DNA from: Eledone cirrhosa
Taxonomy: Eukaryota
Direction of reading: 5' to 3'
DNA: 64,000 nucleotides
NCBI GenBank assembly: GCA_964016885.1
Contig: OZ024740.1
Location: forward strand, 230,826,001-230,890,000
Shown piece by piece: positions 40,311-53,632 of the stretch; position 1 is the first letter of the stretch, and the number at the start of each line of letters is the position of its first letter. The notes below the pieces were generated by a model that made no database searches, was not told where the DNA came from, and worked only from the letters and a program-made list of their open reading frames with translations. The translations under genes and the position numbers were made by a program.

Positions 40311-42779
40311 AATAAATAAGGATATCGAGGAAGGGAAGATTAAGGAGGAAATAAAGGTTGGTAAAGGTGGGAGAGGCAAACATTAGGGTAAAATGGTGAA
40401 ACTTGTCATGGGGCCTTAAAACATTTGTTGCTGTAGTTCAGATCTTAAGCGAAAATATGTTCAAAAAACAATTTTTAATGCAAAGTTTTACATTGCAAGG
40501 TGAAGAAGATGCATGACCTAGAGGTTAGGGTGTTTGGCTCATGACCATAAGATTGTAGGTTTGATTCCCAGATTGGACAGCACAGGGTCCTTAAGTAAGA
40601 CACTTCATTTCATTCAGATAAAAAGAAATGAATACCAGCAGAAGTTGGGGATTAACCCTGCAATGGACTGGCATCATATCCAGAGGACTCTTATCCTTTC
40701 AGTTGTGTAACACCAATGACACTCATACGAACTCCAGCCAGTTGAACCTCTGGCATTGGGACAGACTTCAACTTTTAACTTTATGTTGTAAGAAATACAA
40801 GATTTTCATGTTTTTAACATCTATTTCTCTATATTAGGTATTGTACTGTATGGTTCTGACCCCTCCCCCCACAAACAAACAAAAAACAACAAAAACACTC
40901 CATTTTGGAAAGGATTGAATTCCTTATGCCGACAAATATCAGTTGAAAGTACATGTGATTATTTATTTATTCTTACGGGGTCGATGAAATAAAGTACCAG
41001 TAATACACTGGGTAATTGCTGGCCTTGTGCCAAAAGTAGAAACAATTATTTATTTATTCTTCAGGTAATGAGGTTGTGAGAGATGATTTCAAATTACCGA
41101 GACTTGCAGAGATGACGAAGGAACGCGACGGGTGGGGAGATGTTGTGCTAAAAAGGATCCATCCAACCCATGTGAGCAAGGAAAAGCGGATGTGATGATG
41201 ATGATGATGTAATGAATGAACTGATGTTCTTTCCTTTCATGAGGGAGACAACACATTGTTTAGATTAGCCCTTCCTGTTACCATTTTATAGCATGAACTG
41301 AGTACATTTTTCATGCGAGCAGTATTAGAGAGCTTGTCTCCAAGCAGACCAAAATGGCCCCTCTACCGTACATTACCTTCATTATTCCATTTTTGCAACT
41401 CCTTTCAAACCTGAATCTTAGTTTTAAATTTTTTGTATTGTATAAACCCTGGCTTATCTGAGTGATCAGCAGTTCCTATTCAGTCTGACTTAGTCAGTGC
41501 AATCCATCCAACCTTTGCTCGAAGGGAAAAATATAATTAAATGACGATGATGATGATGATGAGATGACAATGATGATAATTATCAGTATATTATTAGTAC
41601 TAGTTTATTAAGAATGATATATATATACCAAGTGTTAAGAACCTCATCAACCAGTTTCAACTTATTTAGGAAATGACAATACAAAATATATCTATTAAAA
41701 AGCAGGTGAGTTACACAAATATTTTCCATGACAAAAAAAAAAAGTGTCTAATTCTCACAGCTGGGGCAATAAGTGATAATGTTGTACGGTAGTGTCCTGA
41801 AAGGTTATGAAATTACGCCCACTTTGTTGTTGAATAAAAAACATGGCCAAAACCGGCTCTGGTTCTATGAAATAAAACCACCCATTTTAAAGGTTTCCAA
41901 TTTAAATTAAAATCTTACAACATAATTTTATATAAGAACCTTACTTACATTAAGTTACTCTATCCCTTGAAATTCTTCATTTATTAATTAGTGTATTTCA
42001 TTAAAAATGCAGTCATGAAAGGGTTAAAGGGAAAACGATCAACAAGATCCAACCTCATTCACTTACCAAATGAGGTGGAACTTGTCAAATCTGACCAAAG
42101 AAACAATGTTTCCATTGCTGATATTATCTACTGGTTGCATGTACTGGCAGAGAGAGCAATGTGGAATTAAGTGCCTTGATGAAAGACATAATATATCACC
42201 TGGTCCTGGAATCCAACTCACATCATGATTGTGAATCCAATTCTCTAACCACTTAGCCACATGCCTTCACAATATCAATTAAAGAATGTGTAATTTCTCA
42301 TATTTGTAATAAATATTACAATTTGTAAATATTAAGAGGTATGTTCAGATAGTATTTAGTATCCTTGAGCCTTTTTTTTTGTATGTTTTTCAAAATATTT
42401 AAGCTGTTATCCACTACTCTCACCAACAAACTGTCAAACTGTTCTCACCATCACAATCCAGACACACACACACACATATATGTTGACTATGTAACAATCT
42501 CTTTCTTTTAAGTGTGAAACTAATACGACTTTATGTTAACGCACCTACTTGTTTGTTCGTTTCTTGTTTCCTTCATATATCATTATCATCACCGTTTAAT
42601 GTCCATTTTCCATGCTTGCATGGGTTAGACCGGTTGCTCATGCCATGAGACAAGTTTGGCCAGTTGGCTGCGCTGAACCTTGCTCAGGTGGAACTGTAAA
42701 TTTGGCTGAGATTTTTACAGCTAGATGCCCTTCCTAACACCAATCAGTGTGGGACTGAATGGCACCATGAAGAAGGACA

Positions 42780-43500
42780 AGCCTGTTGGCTATGCCATAC
42801 TCTGCTCACAGCGGAACCATAGTTTGGGAGCTGGGTGGTCCCACTATGAAGGTCTGGCCAGTTGGCTGCACAAAGCCTTACTCATGGTGGGACCCTGGTT
42901 GAGCCATTATGAGGATCTGGCCAATTGGCCGCACCATATCCTGCCCACATTGGAACCATAATTTTGGATCCAGGTGGTTCCACTATGAGGGTGGTTGGGC
43001 CAGTTGGCCGCGCCGCACCTTGCATATATCAGGACTGTTACTGTATTTTGGGATATGGTTGGTCCCATTATGAAGGCGGTCAGGCCAGCTGGCCGCACCA
43101 AGCCTTACTCATAGTGAGACCCTAGGTGGAGCCATTATGAGGAGGATCTGGCCAGTTGGCCACGCCATACCCTGCCCTCAATGGAACCATAATTGGGAGC
43201 TGGGTAGTCCCACGATGAGGTTGGTTAGGCCAGTTGTCTCACCAAGCCTTACTCATAAAGGAGCCGTGTTACAAGGTTGTGCCGATATGAGCCAACACTG
43301 GCCTGATGGCCACGCTGTACCTTGCACAGATCGGGACTGTTTCCGTATTTTGGTATCTAGTAGGGCCCCTTATGAGGGAAGTCAGGCCAGTTGGCTGCAC
43401 CAAGCCTTATTTGTAGTGAGGAGGGTCTAGCAAATTGGCTGCGCTATATCCTGCCAACATCGAAACCATAATTTGGGAGCTGGGTGGTCCTATTATGAGG
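42780..43500 (+). repeat. Higher-order minisatellite with conserved GGCCAGTTGGC core
   Basis: About 10 units of 45-90 bp with three recurring unit types; relatives at 47150-47560, 53400-53460 and 54400-55110. Confidence 0.8.
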
Positions 43501-43514
43501 GAATATATATATAT

Positions 43515-43547
<33 letters not shown>

Positions 43548-43952
43548 AAAAAAAAAAAATACTCACAGTCCACGCTGTAATGTGGCCGTGTAGGTAACAC
43601 GGTAAAAAGTTCCCAGTTCCACCCTGTAAATGTGGTTGGTGTTAGGAAGAGCATCCAGCCGTAGAGAGCCTGCCAGATAGTCCTATACGAGCGAGACACG
43701 GTCACCCGACCAACCTTGCCTCAAGTGGCACAACTCCCGTCTAACCCAAGCTAGCGTGGAAGATGGACGTTAAACGATGATGATGATGATATATATATAT
43801 AAAAATAAAAAGATAGTGTTGAAATTCAGATATACCCATTTGTATGTAATTATGATCTTGACTATAGGACTTTGGAAATAAGAGTTCTGGTTGTTTGTGA
43901 AATATTTTAGGGCTGCTTACAAAAATATTTTCCAAATTCATCTCTATATTAG

Positions 43953-44573
43953 CCCTATTGATTCCAAACCACCTGAAGCCATCTTCAGCCCTATGATATA
44001 AAATTGTTTGTTTTAAAGTAATTATATTTATCTAAATGTTTCCAGCATGTGGGAACTTTTTAAAGTTTGCTATCTCAAGACTTCTGTGAGCTGCATACCA
44101 GACAGAAATCAGGCTCCACTACATTTTGTTGCTGTTCATCTCTGTCTGTAACCCCCAGGTTCACCAAGTCAGCATAAATGTAACTTCAAAACTTTCAACT
44201 TTTATCTGTCTAAGTTTCATTTTCTTAACCTCCTCATGCTTTTGGAAGTAAATCAAATTTTCATGCCACCACCATAAATGAAACCTAAAAGTCAGCCCGC
44301 TTCATGGTCCTGGCCAACAAGATAGAAAAGACACTGCCCCACAGGACAGCAAGGGAGACTTCAAGGGGCTGACTCTTGCAGGTAGCCAACTCAATTACCA
44401 TAGCAGTGAGCAGGGATGTGGTCCAGGGGCCAAGAAAACCAGTCCAAATACCAGCTTCAAAATGAAAAGGAGTCCATTTCATTACTAAACTCCTCCAAAT
44501 TTTTTTTATTATTTTCAAAATTATTTGAAAATCTTTGGCAGCCTATTTCATTAGAAATATGGTAATGAAAGGG
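43953..44573. mobile_element. piggyBac-type MITE with internal insertion
   Basis: TTAG|CCCTATTGAT...ATGAAAGGG|TTAA; ends match 29542-29941 but an extra block lies at about 44045-44480. Confidence 0.55.
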
Positions 44574-44729
44574 TTAAACTTGTAATTTTCAATTAATGAT
44601 TATAAATATTCTGCTATTACAATCAAAATCTATGTTGATCACAGCACTTGACTTTTATGAAAATTTCAACAAAGAGTAAATATATTGGGAGAATAATTTG
44701 TCCCTTACAGTCTTTTATTATTTACTACG

Positions 44730-44897
44730 GTAGAGGGTCGGACGCCATGCTTTCCAGCATAGTTACGTCCCTTTATGATCTGAGTTCAAATCCCGCCGAG
44801 GTTGACTTTGCCTTTCATCCTTACGGGTCGATAAAATAAAGTACCAGTAATGCACTGGGTGATTGCTGGCCTTGTGCCTAAAGTAGAAACAATTATT
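44730..44897 (+). mobile_element. Nin-type tRNA SINE
   Basis: B box gagttcaaatccc, tttcatccttacgggtcgataaaataaagtaccag, tail ttgctggccttgtgcc. Confidence 0.8.
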
Positions 44898-45589
44898 TAC
44901 TAACCCTCACAAATCTATGTTAGATTGAGACAATATAGAGTGGAGAGGACCCTCTGGCCCTAGTGAATACTTGACAAACCTCTCTAGTATTGGTGCAATG
45001 ATAGAATGCACCCAATGCACTCTGTAATGTGGTTGGTGACACTATATTTTGAAATTGTGATTGACAATCAGAGACAATATAGGGCAGAGAGAACTCTTCA
45101 GTTTGGCCAAGCATGACAATCTCTCTAGTGCTGGTGCCATGATAAAATGCACCCAGTACACTCTGTAAAGTGTTGATGCTACAATAAAATGCACCAAATA
45201 CACTCAGTAAGGCATCCATAGAAACCATGTAAAAATATGGAACAGATGAGCAAGATGTGGTCTCTCTGACTCCTCTGGTCTCAGACTGTGACAACCTGCT
45301 CAACCCATGGCGGGAGTACTTATGATATACTGAGTAGAGAAGATTAAAATATAGGATAAATAGGATTCTTCAGTCCTACCAAGCACATAACTACCCTTCT
45401 AGTGCTGGTGCCGCAATAAGATGCTCTTATCACAGTCTATAAAGTGGTTGGCTTTAAGAAGGGTATCCATCTATAGAAACCATGCCAAAATATGGAATGT
45501 ATGAGCAATATGTGATCTCCCCTGCCCATTCATTACAATTCCTCCAATCCATGGTAAGCACATGTTAAATGATATCACCATCATCATTA

Positions 45590-46190
45590 GAATGGCCGTT
45601 TAATCCATTTTCCATGCTAGCATGGGTTAGACGGGTTGTCCTGTTTTAGGCCTGTTGGGTCAGGTGACCCTGTCTTGCTCATACAGAACTGTTTCTGGCT
45701 TGGTTTCTATGACTGGATGCCCTCCCTAATGCCAACCACATTTAGTGTGAGCTGGGTGCTTTTTGTTGTGTCTCCATCATAACCACTTTACAGTATAGGC
45801 TGGAGGCTTCACTGGATGTATGCTAGTCTGTCCTCATGAGATGTATGGGAGGGTGGTGCATACAACATACATATATGCCTCAGCTTCTGCCCATGGGAAA
45901 GTAGGTCTTTATTACTGCATAGTGCCATCTTTGCGAGGTACAATTGCGCGAGGTCAGCTTTTATCACTTCATCCAAAGTCTTCCTGGGTTTCCCCACTCC
46001 AAAGCTTCCATCGACTTTAAGAACTCTGCACCTTTTTATACAGTTGTCCTCTTTCATACGCATCATGTGTTCATACTAACGCAGTCTCCTCTCTTGCGCA
46101 CTGCATCTGATTCCTCTTATGTTAGTTTCTCTTTCAGTTCGTTTATGCTTTGCTGACCACGTAAATTACTATTACACATCCAAAGGAGCA
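45590..46190 (-). mobile_element. Diverged RTE 3' fragment
   Basis: ORF 45809-46066 MMRMKEDNCIKRCR...GKPRKT. Confidence 0.8.
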
Positions 46191-47621
46191 TCATCATTAT
46201 TATTTTATGTCTGCTTTCCCTGGTAGCAAGGGTTGGATAGGTCTACATAAACCAAGTCAGTACTGAAACGGGGCTACTGACCTTCCAGACAGGCCGGGGG
46301 CTCTGCATTTAGTTTATGTGCAGCCTTACATTTTACTGAGTGCACAGGAGAGGTTGTTATGTCTTTGGCACAACTAAAGAGCTCTCCCAATCCTTTGTTT
46401 GGCAAGCTTTCTATGGCTAGATGCCCTTCCCAACACCAACCGCTTTACAGTGTGTACCGGGTATGTTTTCATGTAGATCACCAACACTAGGGAGGTGGTT
46501 ATGACCTTGATACAACTGAAGGGTCCTCCCAACCCTATATATATATATATATATATATACAATCATTATTTTATACACTTTGATGATAATGATGTATCTA
46601 CAAGTTTGTGTGTCTGTTCATCCTGCTCTCTTATTTCTCTGAAACAGTCTCTTGTTCTTCCCTTCTCCTTCACACCAGACTATTCGTTTTACCTCTCTTC
46701 CTATTATTCATTTACTTTATCTTATATCTCCCTCTTTCTCACTTCTCTCTGTGGCTGTCATCATCTTTTTTTATCTGGTCCCACAACCACCACCCTCAAT
46801 ACTTTGGAACATCTTGTTCATATGCGTGTATGTTTATTTGGAAGGGATATATACACATATCAAACATTCTTTCTTGCACACACATATATACATATGTATT
46901 GAGAGCAAAATTGGGCCTAAGAGGGTTCAAATGCTGTGTGTAGGAGAGAAGACTGCGGTGTTATGGCCATGTGATATGTATGAAGGATGACAGCTGATTA
47001 AAAAGGTGCAGGGTTTTAGAGGTTGCAGGATGCAACCCACAAAAGAAAAAGAGCCAGGAAGATGTGGGATGAAACTATAAAGGCGGACCTGACTCTCCCA
47101 ATGAGGATGACACAGGACTAAGTCCTCTGGTGCTACAATGTACGACAAACGACCCAGCTCATAACAGTACCATACAGCCCACCCAGTAAATGGCTCCCTT
47201 TATGAGTAAGGCTTGACACAGCCAACTGGATAAACCTCCCTCATAAACTATGGTTACGCTGTGAGCAGGGTACAGCACAGCCAACTGGCCTGCCCCTCAT
47301 ATAAAAGTGTCATCCAGTTCTATACTGTAAACGTGGTTGAAGCTCCCAAACTATGGTTCTGCAGTGAGAAGGGATTTATGTGGCCACCCAATTCCATACT
47401 GCAAATGTAGTTACAGCACCCAAACTATGGTTTCACTGTGAGAATGGTTCGGCACAAACAACTGGCATGTCCCTCCCCATAATGGTGCCAGCCAGCTCCA
47501 CACTGTAGATGTGGTTGGTATTAGGAAGGGCATCCAGCTGTAAAACCCCTGGCCAAGTTTACAGTCCCGTAGGTGCAAGGTATGGTGTGGCTAATTTTAG
47601 CCATATTTGTCTCGATGTGGA

Positions 47622-47960
47622 TCATCATCATCATCATTTCATTTTACGTCCGCTTTTCCCTGCTTGCAAGGGTGGGACGGGAACTGATTCCGGCTAGATT
47701 TCTACAGCTGGATGCCCTTCCTAACACCAACCTCATTTACAGTGAGTGCTGGGTGCTTTTTTGCCGTGGCACCTACACGACCACTTTACAGTGGAATGAT
47801 AGGGACCCCAGTCCCTATCATCTCATTTCTACAGTTGAGTAAACTGGAGCAATGTGAAATAAAGTGTCTTGCTCAAGGAAACAACACATCACTCGGTCTG
47901 AGAATTGAACTCACAACCTTTCGATTGCAAGGCCAATGCTCGAACCACTAAGCCATGTGC
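47622..47960 (-). mobile_element. tRNA-CORE SINE with RTE tail
   Basis: Near-identical to 6165-6508. Confidence 0.9.
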
Positions 47961-48016
47961 ATCCATTATGACCTGTTTAAACCCATGCAAGCAAGGAAAA
48001 TGGAGACATTAAACAG

Positions 48017-48034
<18 letters not shown>

Positions 48035-48047
<13 letters not shown>

Positions 48048-49724
48048 CATCATCATCGTTTAATGTCCATCTTCGTCCATAACGCTTGCATGAGTTTGGA
48101 CGGGAGTTTTCCCACTTGAGACAAGAGTGGTTGTCTTGCTCACATAGGACTGTCTGGTGGGTTTTCTACGGCTGGATGCCCTTCCTAACACCAACCACGT
48201 TTACAGTGTGGGACTGGGAGGTTTTTACCGTGCTACCTACACGGCCACATTACAGCGTGGACTGTGTGTTTTTTTGTTGTGACACCTACACGACCTCATT
48301 TGTTTCGGACTGGATGTTGTGGTACCAACATAACTTTACATTGAAAGGGGTGGTGTGGATGGGGTGGGGGTAGTGAGACGGGAGTGTATTTTGTTAGAGG
48401 TGCCTACTGACTGTAGTAGGTTTCACTTTGTACTTAGGTAAGGCAGGTCTTCTGTATTACTGTGTAGCGCCAAAGATCTCGGTCCAGTGACATTGTCTTG
48501 GAGAGGTGTAAGTGTGTGAGGTCGGAATTTATCAAGTCGTCCCAGGTTTTTCTGGGTCTGCCTACTCCGTGGCTACCGTCTATTTTTATTGCCCTGCACT
48601 ATTTTATACTGCTGTCGTCTTTCATGCACATCACGTGACCATACCAACATAGCCTTCTCTCGAGTAAACAACATCTGATCCCTCTTATTTCTAATTTTTC
48701 CCTTAGTTCATTTATGCTTTGCCGTTCACGTATATTACTATTACACATCCAGCGGAGCATGCAAGCTTCGTTCCTCTCCACACAATGCCTAGGTCTCACT
48801 GCCATGTAATATTGCTGTTCGTATGCAGGCATCATACAGCCTGCCTTTCATTTTTAGAGAGAACCCTTTAGTGGCTAATAGTGGTATAAGCTCTCTGAAC
48901 TTTTTCCATCCAGTTCCGACTCTAGCTACTGTACTTTCAGAGCACACTCCACCACTGCTGATTTGGTCACCCAAGTAACGGAAGGTGTCCACTATTTCTA
49001 TAGAACCATCTGTGCAATGGAATGAGCTAGTATTCTGTGGGCACTTGCTGCTACTTATTGCACCAGAGCACCGGCCACATATAAAATCTATGTTCTTAGT
49101 TAGCTTACCTGTGATCCCACCACATCTTTTATGCACCCATACTTTGCATTTGGGACATAAAATGGAGTTTCTACCTACTCCTTTCCTACACACTGAGCAT
49201 GGCCATTTCCCGGATGGGACCGGTGCCCTATTTTCCTTCCTACAAACTAGAACTTTAGTCTTAGACAGGTTAATTTTAAGGCCATGCTTCCATGTTTGGA
49301 ATTTCTTCTCTAGTTCGGCCATTGTTTCAGCTATGAGCGTTAGATCATCTGCGTATAGGAGTTCCCATGGGCAGCCGGTCTTGAACTCCACTGTTATAGC
49401 CTGAAGGGCAATAATAAACAGTAGGGGGCTAAGAACGGAACCCTGATGAACACCTACTTTTACGCTAAACTCTTCACTATATTCGTTAATTCTAACCTTG
49501 CTGACTGTTTCTTTATACATGGCTTGTATAGCTCTCACAAGCCATTCATCAACATCTAGTTTTCTAAGAGCCCACCAGATAATGGAACGGGGGACTCTGT
49601 CGAAGGCTTTCTCCAAGTCGACAAAAGCTAAGTATAGGGGTTTACTTTTAGCTAGGTACTTCTCCTGTAGTTGTCGTACAATGAAAAGAGCATCTGTGGT
49701 ACTTTTACCTGACACAAACCCGAC
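48035..49724 (-). mobile_element. RTE LINE (family C), 5'-truncated
   Basis: ORF 48789-49715: RT with LLYADD and an intact C4HC3 finger; nucleotide sequence diverged from family A. Confidence 0.93.
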
Positions 49725-50181
49725 CTATATATATACTAGAGTTGCTCGCACATTGCTCGGACTGTTTGTTTTTTTCGCTGTTTTCTCTTTTCTTCCTTTT
49801 TGCTTTCCTTCCCCCTTTCCTCCATTTTCCCAACAACTTATCCAGTTATTGACACCCTGGGACAAGATATATTGTCTTTAAAGCATAGAAATATCCGAGA
49901 CCCACCCCCTCCCTTCTTACTTTATTCGTATTCCCACTGCATTTTAAGTTACCTTAAATAGCATCTACACAGCTATTTCTATTCTCCATATATTTCATCT
50001 TATATATATATATATACATAAACACACACACACTCACGGTGAACATGCTGACTACACGAGGTTGTGTATGCAAAGCACCAATCAGTAAACAATGATGCAA
50101 TCTGATTCAAGCACTCAACATCATGTCTTTTCTTCCAAATATGATTTGTCAGTTAGTGACAGAGTATATGTATGTATAAGA

Positions 50182-50498
50182 AAAATGTGAAGTACGGTGT
50201 AGATGTTAAAGAGTCCTTTATTAACAAAGCTGTGATACATATTTCAATGATGATCATGGCTACATGATTGGTCAATCACGTAACTCATCAAACGATATCA
50301 TCAGACATCATTATGTAATAAGGTTACATTTCCGGGGCAATCCAATCTAAAGACAAGGGAATGGACAGAAATGATGTTTTCATAGCCGAAGTCTAGGAAC
50401 GTAATTGAACAATCACGTGGCCACGATCGTCATTGAAATATGCATCACAGTTTTGTTAATAAAGGGCCCTTTACCATCTACACCGAACTTCACATTTT
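50182..50498. mobile_element. Fold-back element/MITE with about 100-bp imperfect inverted repeats
   Basis: 50182-50281 is the reverse complement of 50399-50498 with scattered, mostly transition, mismatches. Confidence 0.8.
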
Positions 50499-50538
50499 CG
50501 TTATTCTCTCTCTCTCCCTATATATATATATATATATA

Positions 50539-51572
50539 CTAGCAGATTTACCCGGCGTTTGAAAATCCCATAAGGATTTAGTTTTTATGGGTTTGCTGAC
50601 ACAGGCATGTGATTTTGTATTGCTCAACGTGGGTCGATTTGAAAATTTTTTGTGATGTGACCATTTTAGCGACAGGTGCAACGTGCACAGAAAATTTGGT
50701 CAAATTCGGTTCGGAATTGTAAAAGCCTTAGCTGTCCAAAGTTCACACATATCCTCGCTTTTATATATATAGATTTCGCAGCTCTAGCATCACTCCTTCA
50801 TAGTCAGCCAAAGAACTTTTCAACCCAAATTTGTATACAATACACAATTACTTGTCCTAACTGGCTTCCATAATTTTTTCATCTCCTCACTCCTCTACTT
50901 TTTTCTCTTCCCCTTAAACGTATCTTCCTACCTCTTTCTGCCACTCTTACTTACTCCGTCTCTTTCTCTCTTTTTATATCTTATTTTCCCCACCTCTCTC
51001 TGTTTGTGTCATTTCTCCTCTCTTTCTCCCTATCTTTATATTTCATCTGCCCCCCCCCCCCCCATTAATTATGGCTTTCCGCTCTCATTCTTTTATATAA
51101 CTCCCCCTTTCTATCTCATCTCCCTCTGTCTCTTTTTATACCATATCTCTTCTCTCGCCCCCTCCCCCTCTCTATTTGTATCATATCTCCCCTTTTCTCT
51201 CTCCCTCTTTATACCATATCTCCTCTCTCTCTCTCCCTCCCTCTCTGTAACATATCTTCTCTCTCTCCCTTCGTACTATATCTCCCTCTTTCCCTCTCTA
51301 CCATATCTTCTCTCTCTCTCTCTGTGTTTCCTCTACCACTGATTCTGACCCCCGTGGTCTTTCATACTCTGTACACACACATCCTCGCTTTTATCTATAT
51401 AGACAATATTACTATCGATTTGGAAAATTTTTGTGATGTGACCATCTTAGCGACAGGTGCAACGTGCACAGAAAATTTGGTCAAATTCGGTTGGGAATTG
51501 TAAAAGCCTTAGCTGTCCAAAGTTGTCCACAGACACACACACACACATCCTCACTTTTATATATATATATAT
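50539..51572 (-). mobile_element. Tandem/nested non-autonomous Helitrons
   Basis: 3' end acgccgggtaaatctgCTAG|T at 50539; TCTATATA..TAAAAGCGAGGAT-type 5' ends at 50773, 51403 and about 51572; 50635-50743 is repeated at 51415-51524. Confidence 0.75.
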
Positions 51573-51663
51573 GTATGTAAAAGGTAAACAGAAATAACAA
51601 CACAATCAGTACAGTATAAGAAAGGAATATATTAGTTTAACGCATGAAATAGTAGGAAGAGGG

Positions 51664-51699
51664 TCTTAACATTTTGGATGCTAGGCCTTCATCAGAAGA
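51664..51699 (-). ncRNA. Decayed minimal hammerhead motif
   Basis: TCTT-CTGATGA-AGGCCTAGCATCC-AAAATGTT-AAGA; restoring two CpGs gives CCGAAACGTT. Confidence 0.5.
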
Positions 51700-52419
51700 T
51701 AAACACACACACACTAAATGGTAGAATTAAGTTCAAACAAATAAGTAGATCATTGAAGCTAATTCTTTAAAATATATGAACCAGCGACTGATCTCTCAGG
51801 TAATTTGATACTTTAATGCCAGCAACAATACAGCCTCCCACTTCCTATATACCTACTAGAATAGCAATACTATTTATATGACTACTGGACAGCAATGTAA
51901 ACACAATGATGAACCAGTACCATACCCCCCCCCCCCCCCCCAAAAAAAAAACACTGAAGAGAACATGTCAGAAGGTTATGCAACCACTCTGTCATCTTCA
52001 AAATATATATAACAGAATTATGTAATAAACACATTTCTCTCTTATTTATAATATATATACACACACAGAAGAGGCACCTTCCCATTGGCACAGGCTGAAG
52101 CTGAAACATGTATCTCTCATGAGGACAGGCTGTAGCATACATCCAGTGAAGCCCACACTGTAAAGTGGTCGTGATGGTGACACAACAAAAAGCGCCCAAC
52201 TCATACTGTACTGGTCGTGGTGGCGACACACCAAAAAAGCACCTACCCCACACTGTGAAGTGGTTGTGTAGGAGTCATGATAAAAAGAACCCAGCAGCAC
52301 ACACTATAAATGTGGTTGGCATTAGGAAGGGCAGTCATTCACAGAAACCAAGATGGAATCAGTTCTGTGTGAGCAAGACACAGTCACCTGACACAACTTG
52401 CCCCAAACGGGGGATAGTG

Positions 52420-52992
52420 ATGATATCATCATCATCGCCATTTTTTGTCCATTCTTCCAGGCTAGTATGGGTTAGACGAGTTGTCCTGTTGTGGGCAATG
52501 CCAGGTCACGTGACCATGTCTTACTCATACAGAACTGATTTTGGCTTGATTTCTACAGCTAGATGCCCTTCCTAACACCAACCTCATTAACAGTGAGTAC
52601 TAGGTACTTTTTATCGTGGCGTCTACACAACCTCTTTACAGTGTGGACAGGGTGCTTTTTGTCATGACACCTACATGACCACTTTACAGTGGAAGGGGGT
52701 GGGTGGGTGGAAACATATTCTCTATATGCTTCAGCCTGTACCTGTAGGAAGTTGGGTCTTCTGTATTACACCGCAACCCCAGAGATCTCGGTCCTGTGTC
52801 ATTGCCTTTGAAAGGTGTAATTGGGCAAGATAAAATTTTATTCCCTCATCCCATGTTTTCTTGGGTGTCCAAGGTTTACATTGACTTTTAGCATGCTGCA
52901 TCTTTTTATGCAACTGTCATCCTTCATGTGCATCACATATCCATACCAATGTAATCTCCTCTCCTGCACACAGCATTTGATTCCTCTTATGC
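52420..52992 (-). mobile_element. Diverged RTE 3' fragment
   Basis: Similar to 1941-2500. Confidence 0.8.
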
Positions 52993-53046
52993 CTATATAT
53001 ATCATCATCAACGTTTAACGTCCGTGTTCCACGCTTGCATGGGTTT

Positions 53047-53079
<33 letters not shown>

Positions 53080-53214
53080 TAAACAAAATGAAAAATTTTG
53101 TTTACCTATTTTCTTTGATAAAATTTTTTCTTATCTTGTTTACTTTTCCCAAATACAATTTTATTATGCTCTGATAAATTGCTTTTTATTTACAACTCTC
53201 CAAAGTTCCTTTGG

Positions 53215-53254
53215 ATCCCCCTGATGATGGATGATAAATCCAAAATATAGGGAT
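53215..53254 (+). ncRNA. Decayed minimal hammerhead motif
   Basis: ATCCCC-CTGATGA-TGGAT(GATAA)ATCC-AAAA-TATA-GGGAT; G12 replaced by A. Confidence 0.45.
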
Positions 53255-53632
53255 TAATGAATCTATTCCACGGAACTTCATCTCATTTTCATTCCATTTT
53301 ACACTTTCTCTACTCTTTTTGAAGTTTCGCATTCGTTCATTTCAATGTTCAATGTTTATTTTAAAATGCTTCTTCTTACTCAACTAACTTCAGCTCCCAA
53401 TATATTGAGCAGGGTATGGCGCAGCCAACTGACCAGACCCTCTTCATAATAGTGCCACCAAGTTCCACACTATAAACGTGGTTGGTGTTAGGAAGGACAT
53501 CTGTAAAAATCCCAGCTAACTGGCGAGACGTATCATAATGTGGATGACCCATCTAACCCATGCAAGCGTGGAAAAAATAGATGTTAAAGGGTGATAATGA
53601 TGATGATACATATTTATACATCCATATATATA

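Noticed and set aside
41759-41796. Extra TRAF micro-exon (ctttcag|...|gtgaga)
   Set aside because: 38 nt breaks the frame and carries no zinc-finger ligands in phase
42780-43500. CRISPR array
   Set aside because: Repeats are degenerate, the spacers recur as three types, there are no cas genes, and the context is a eukaryotic intron
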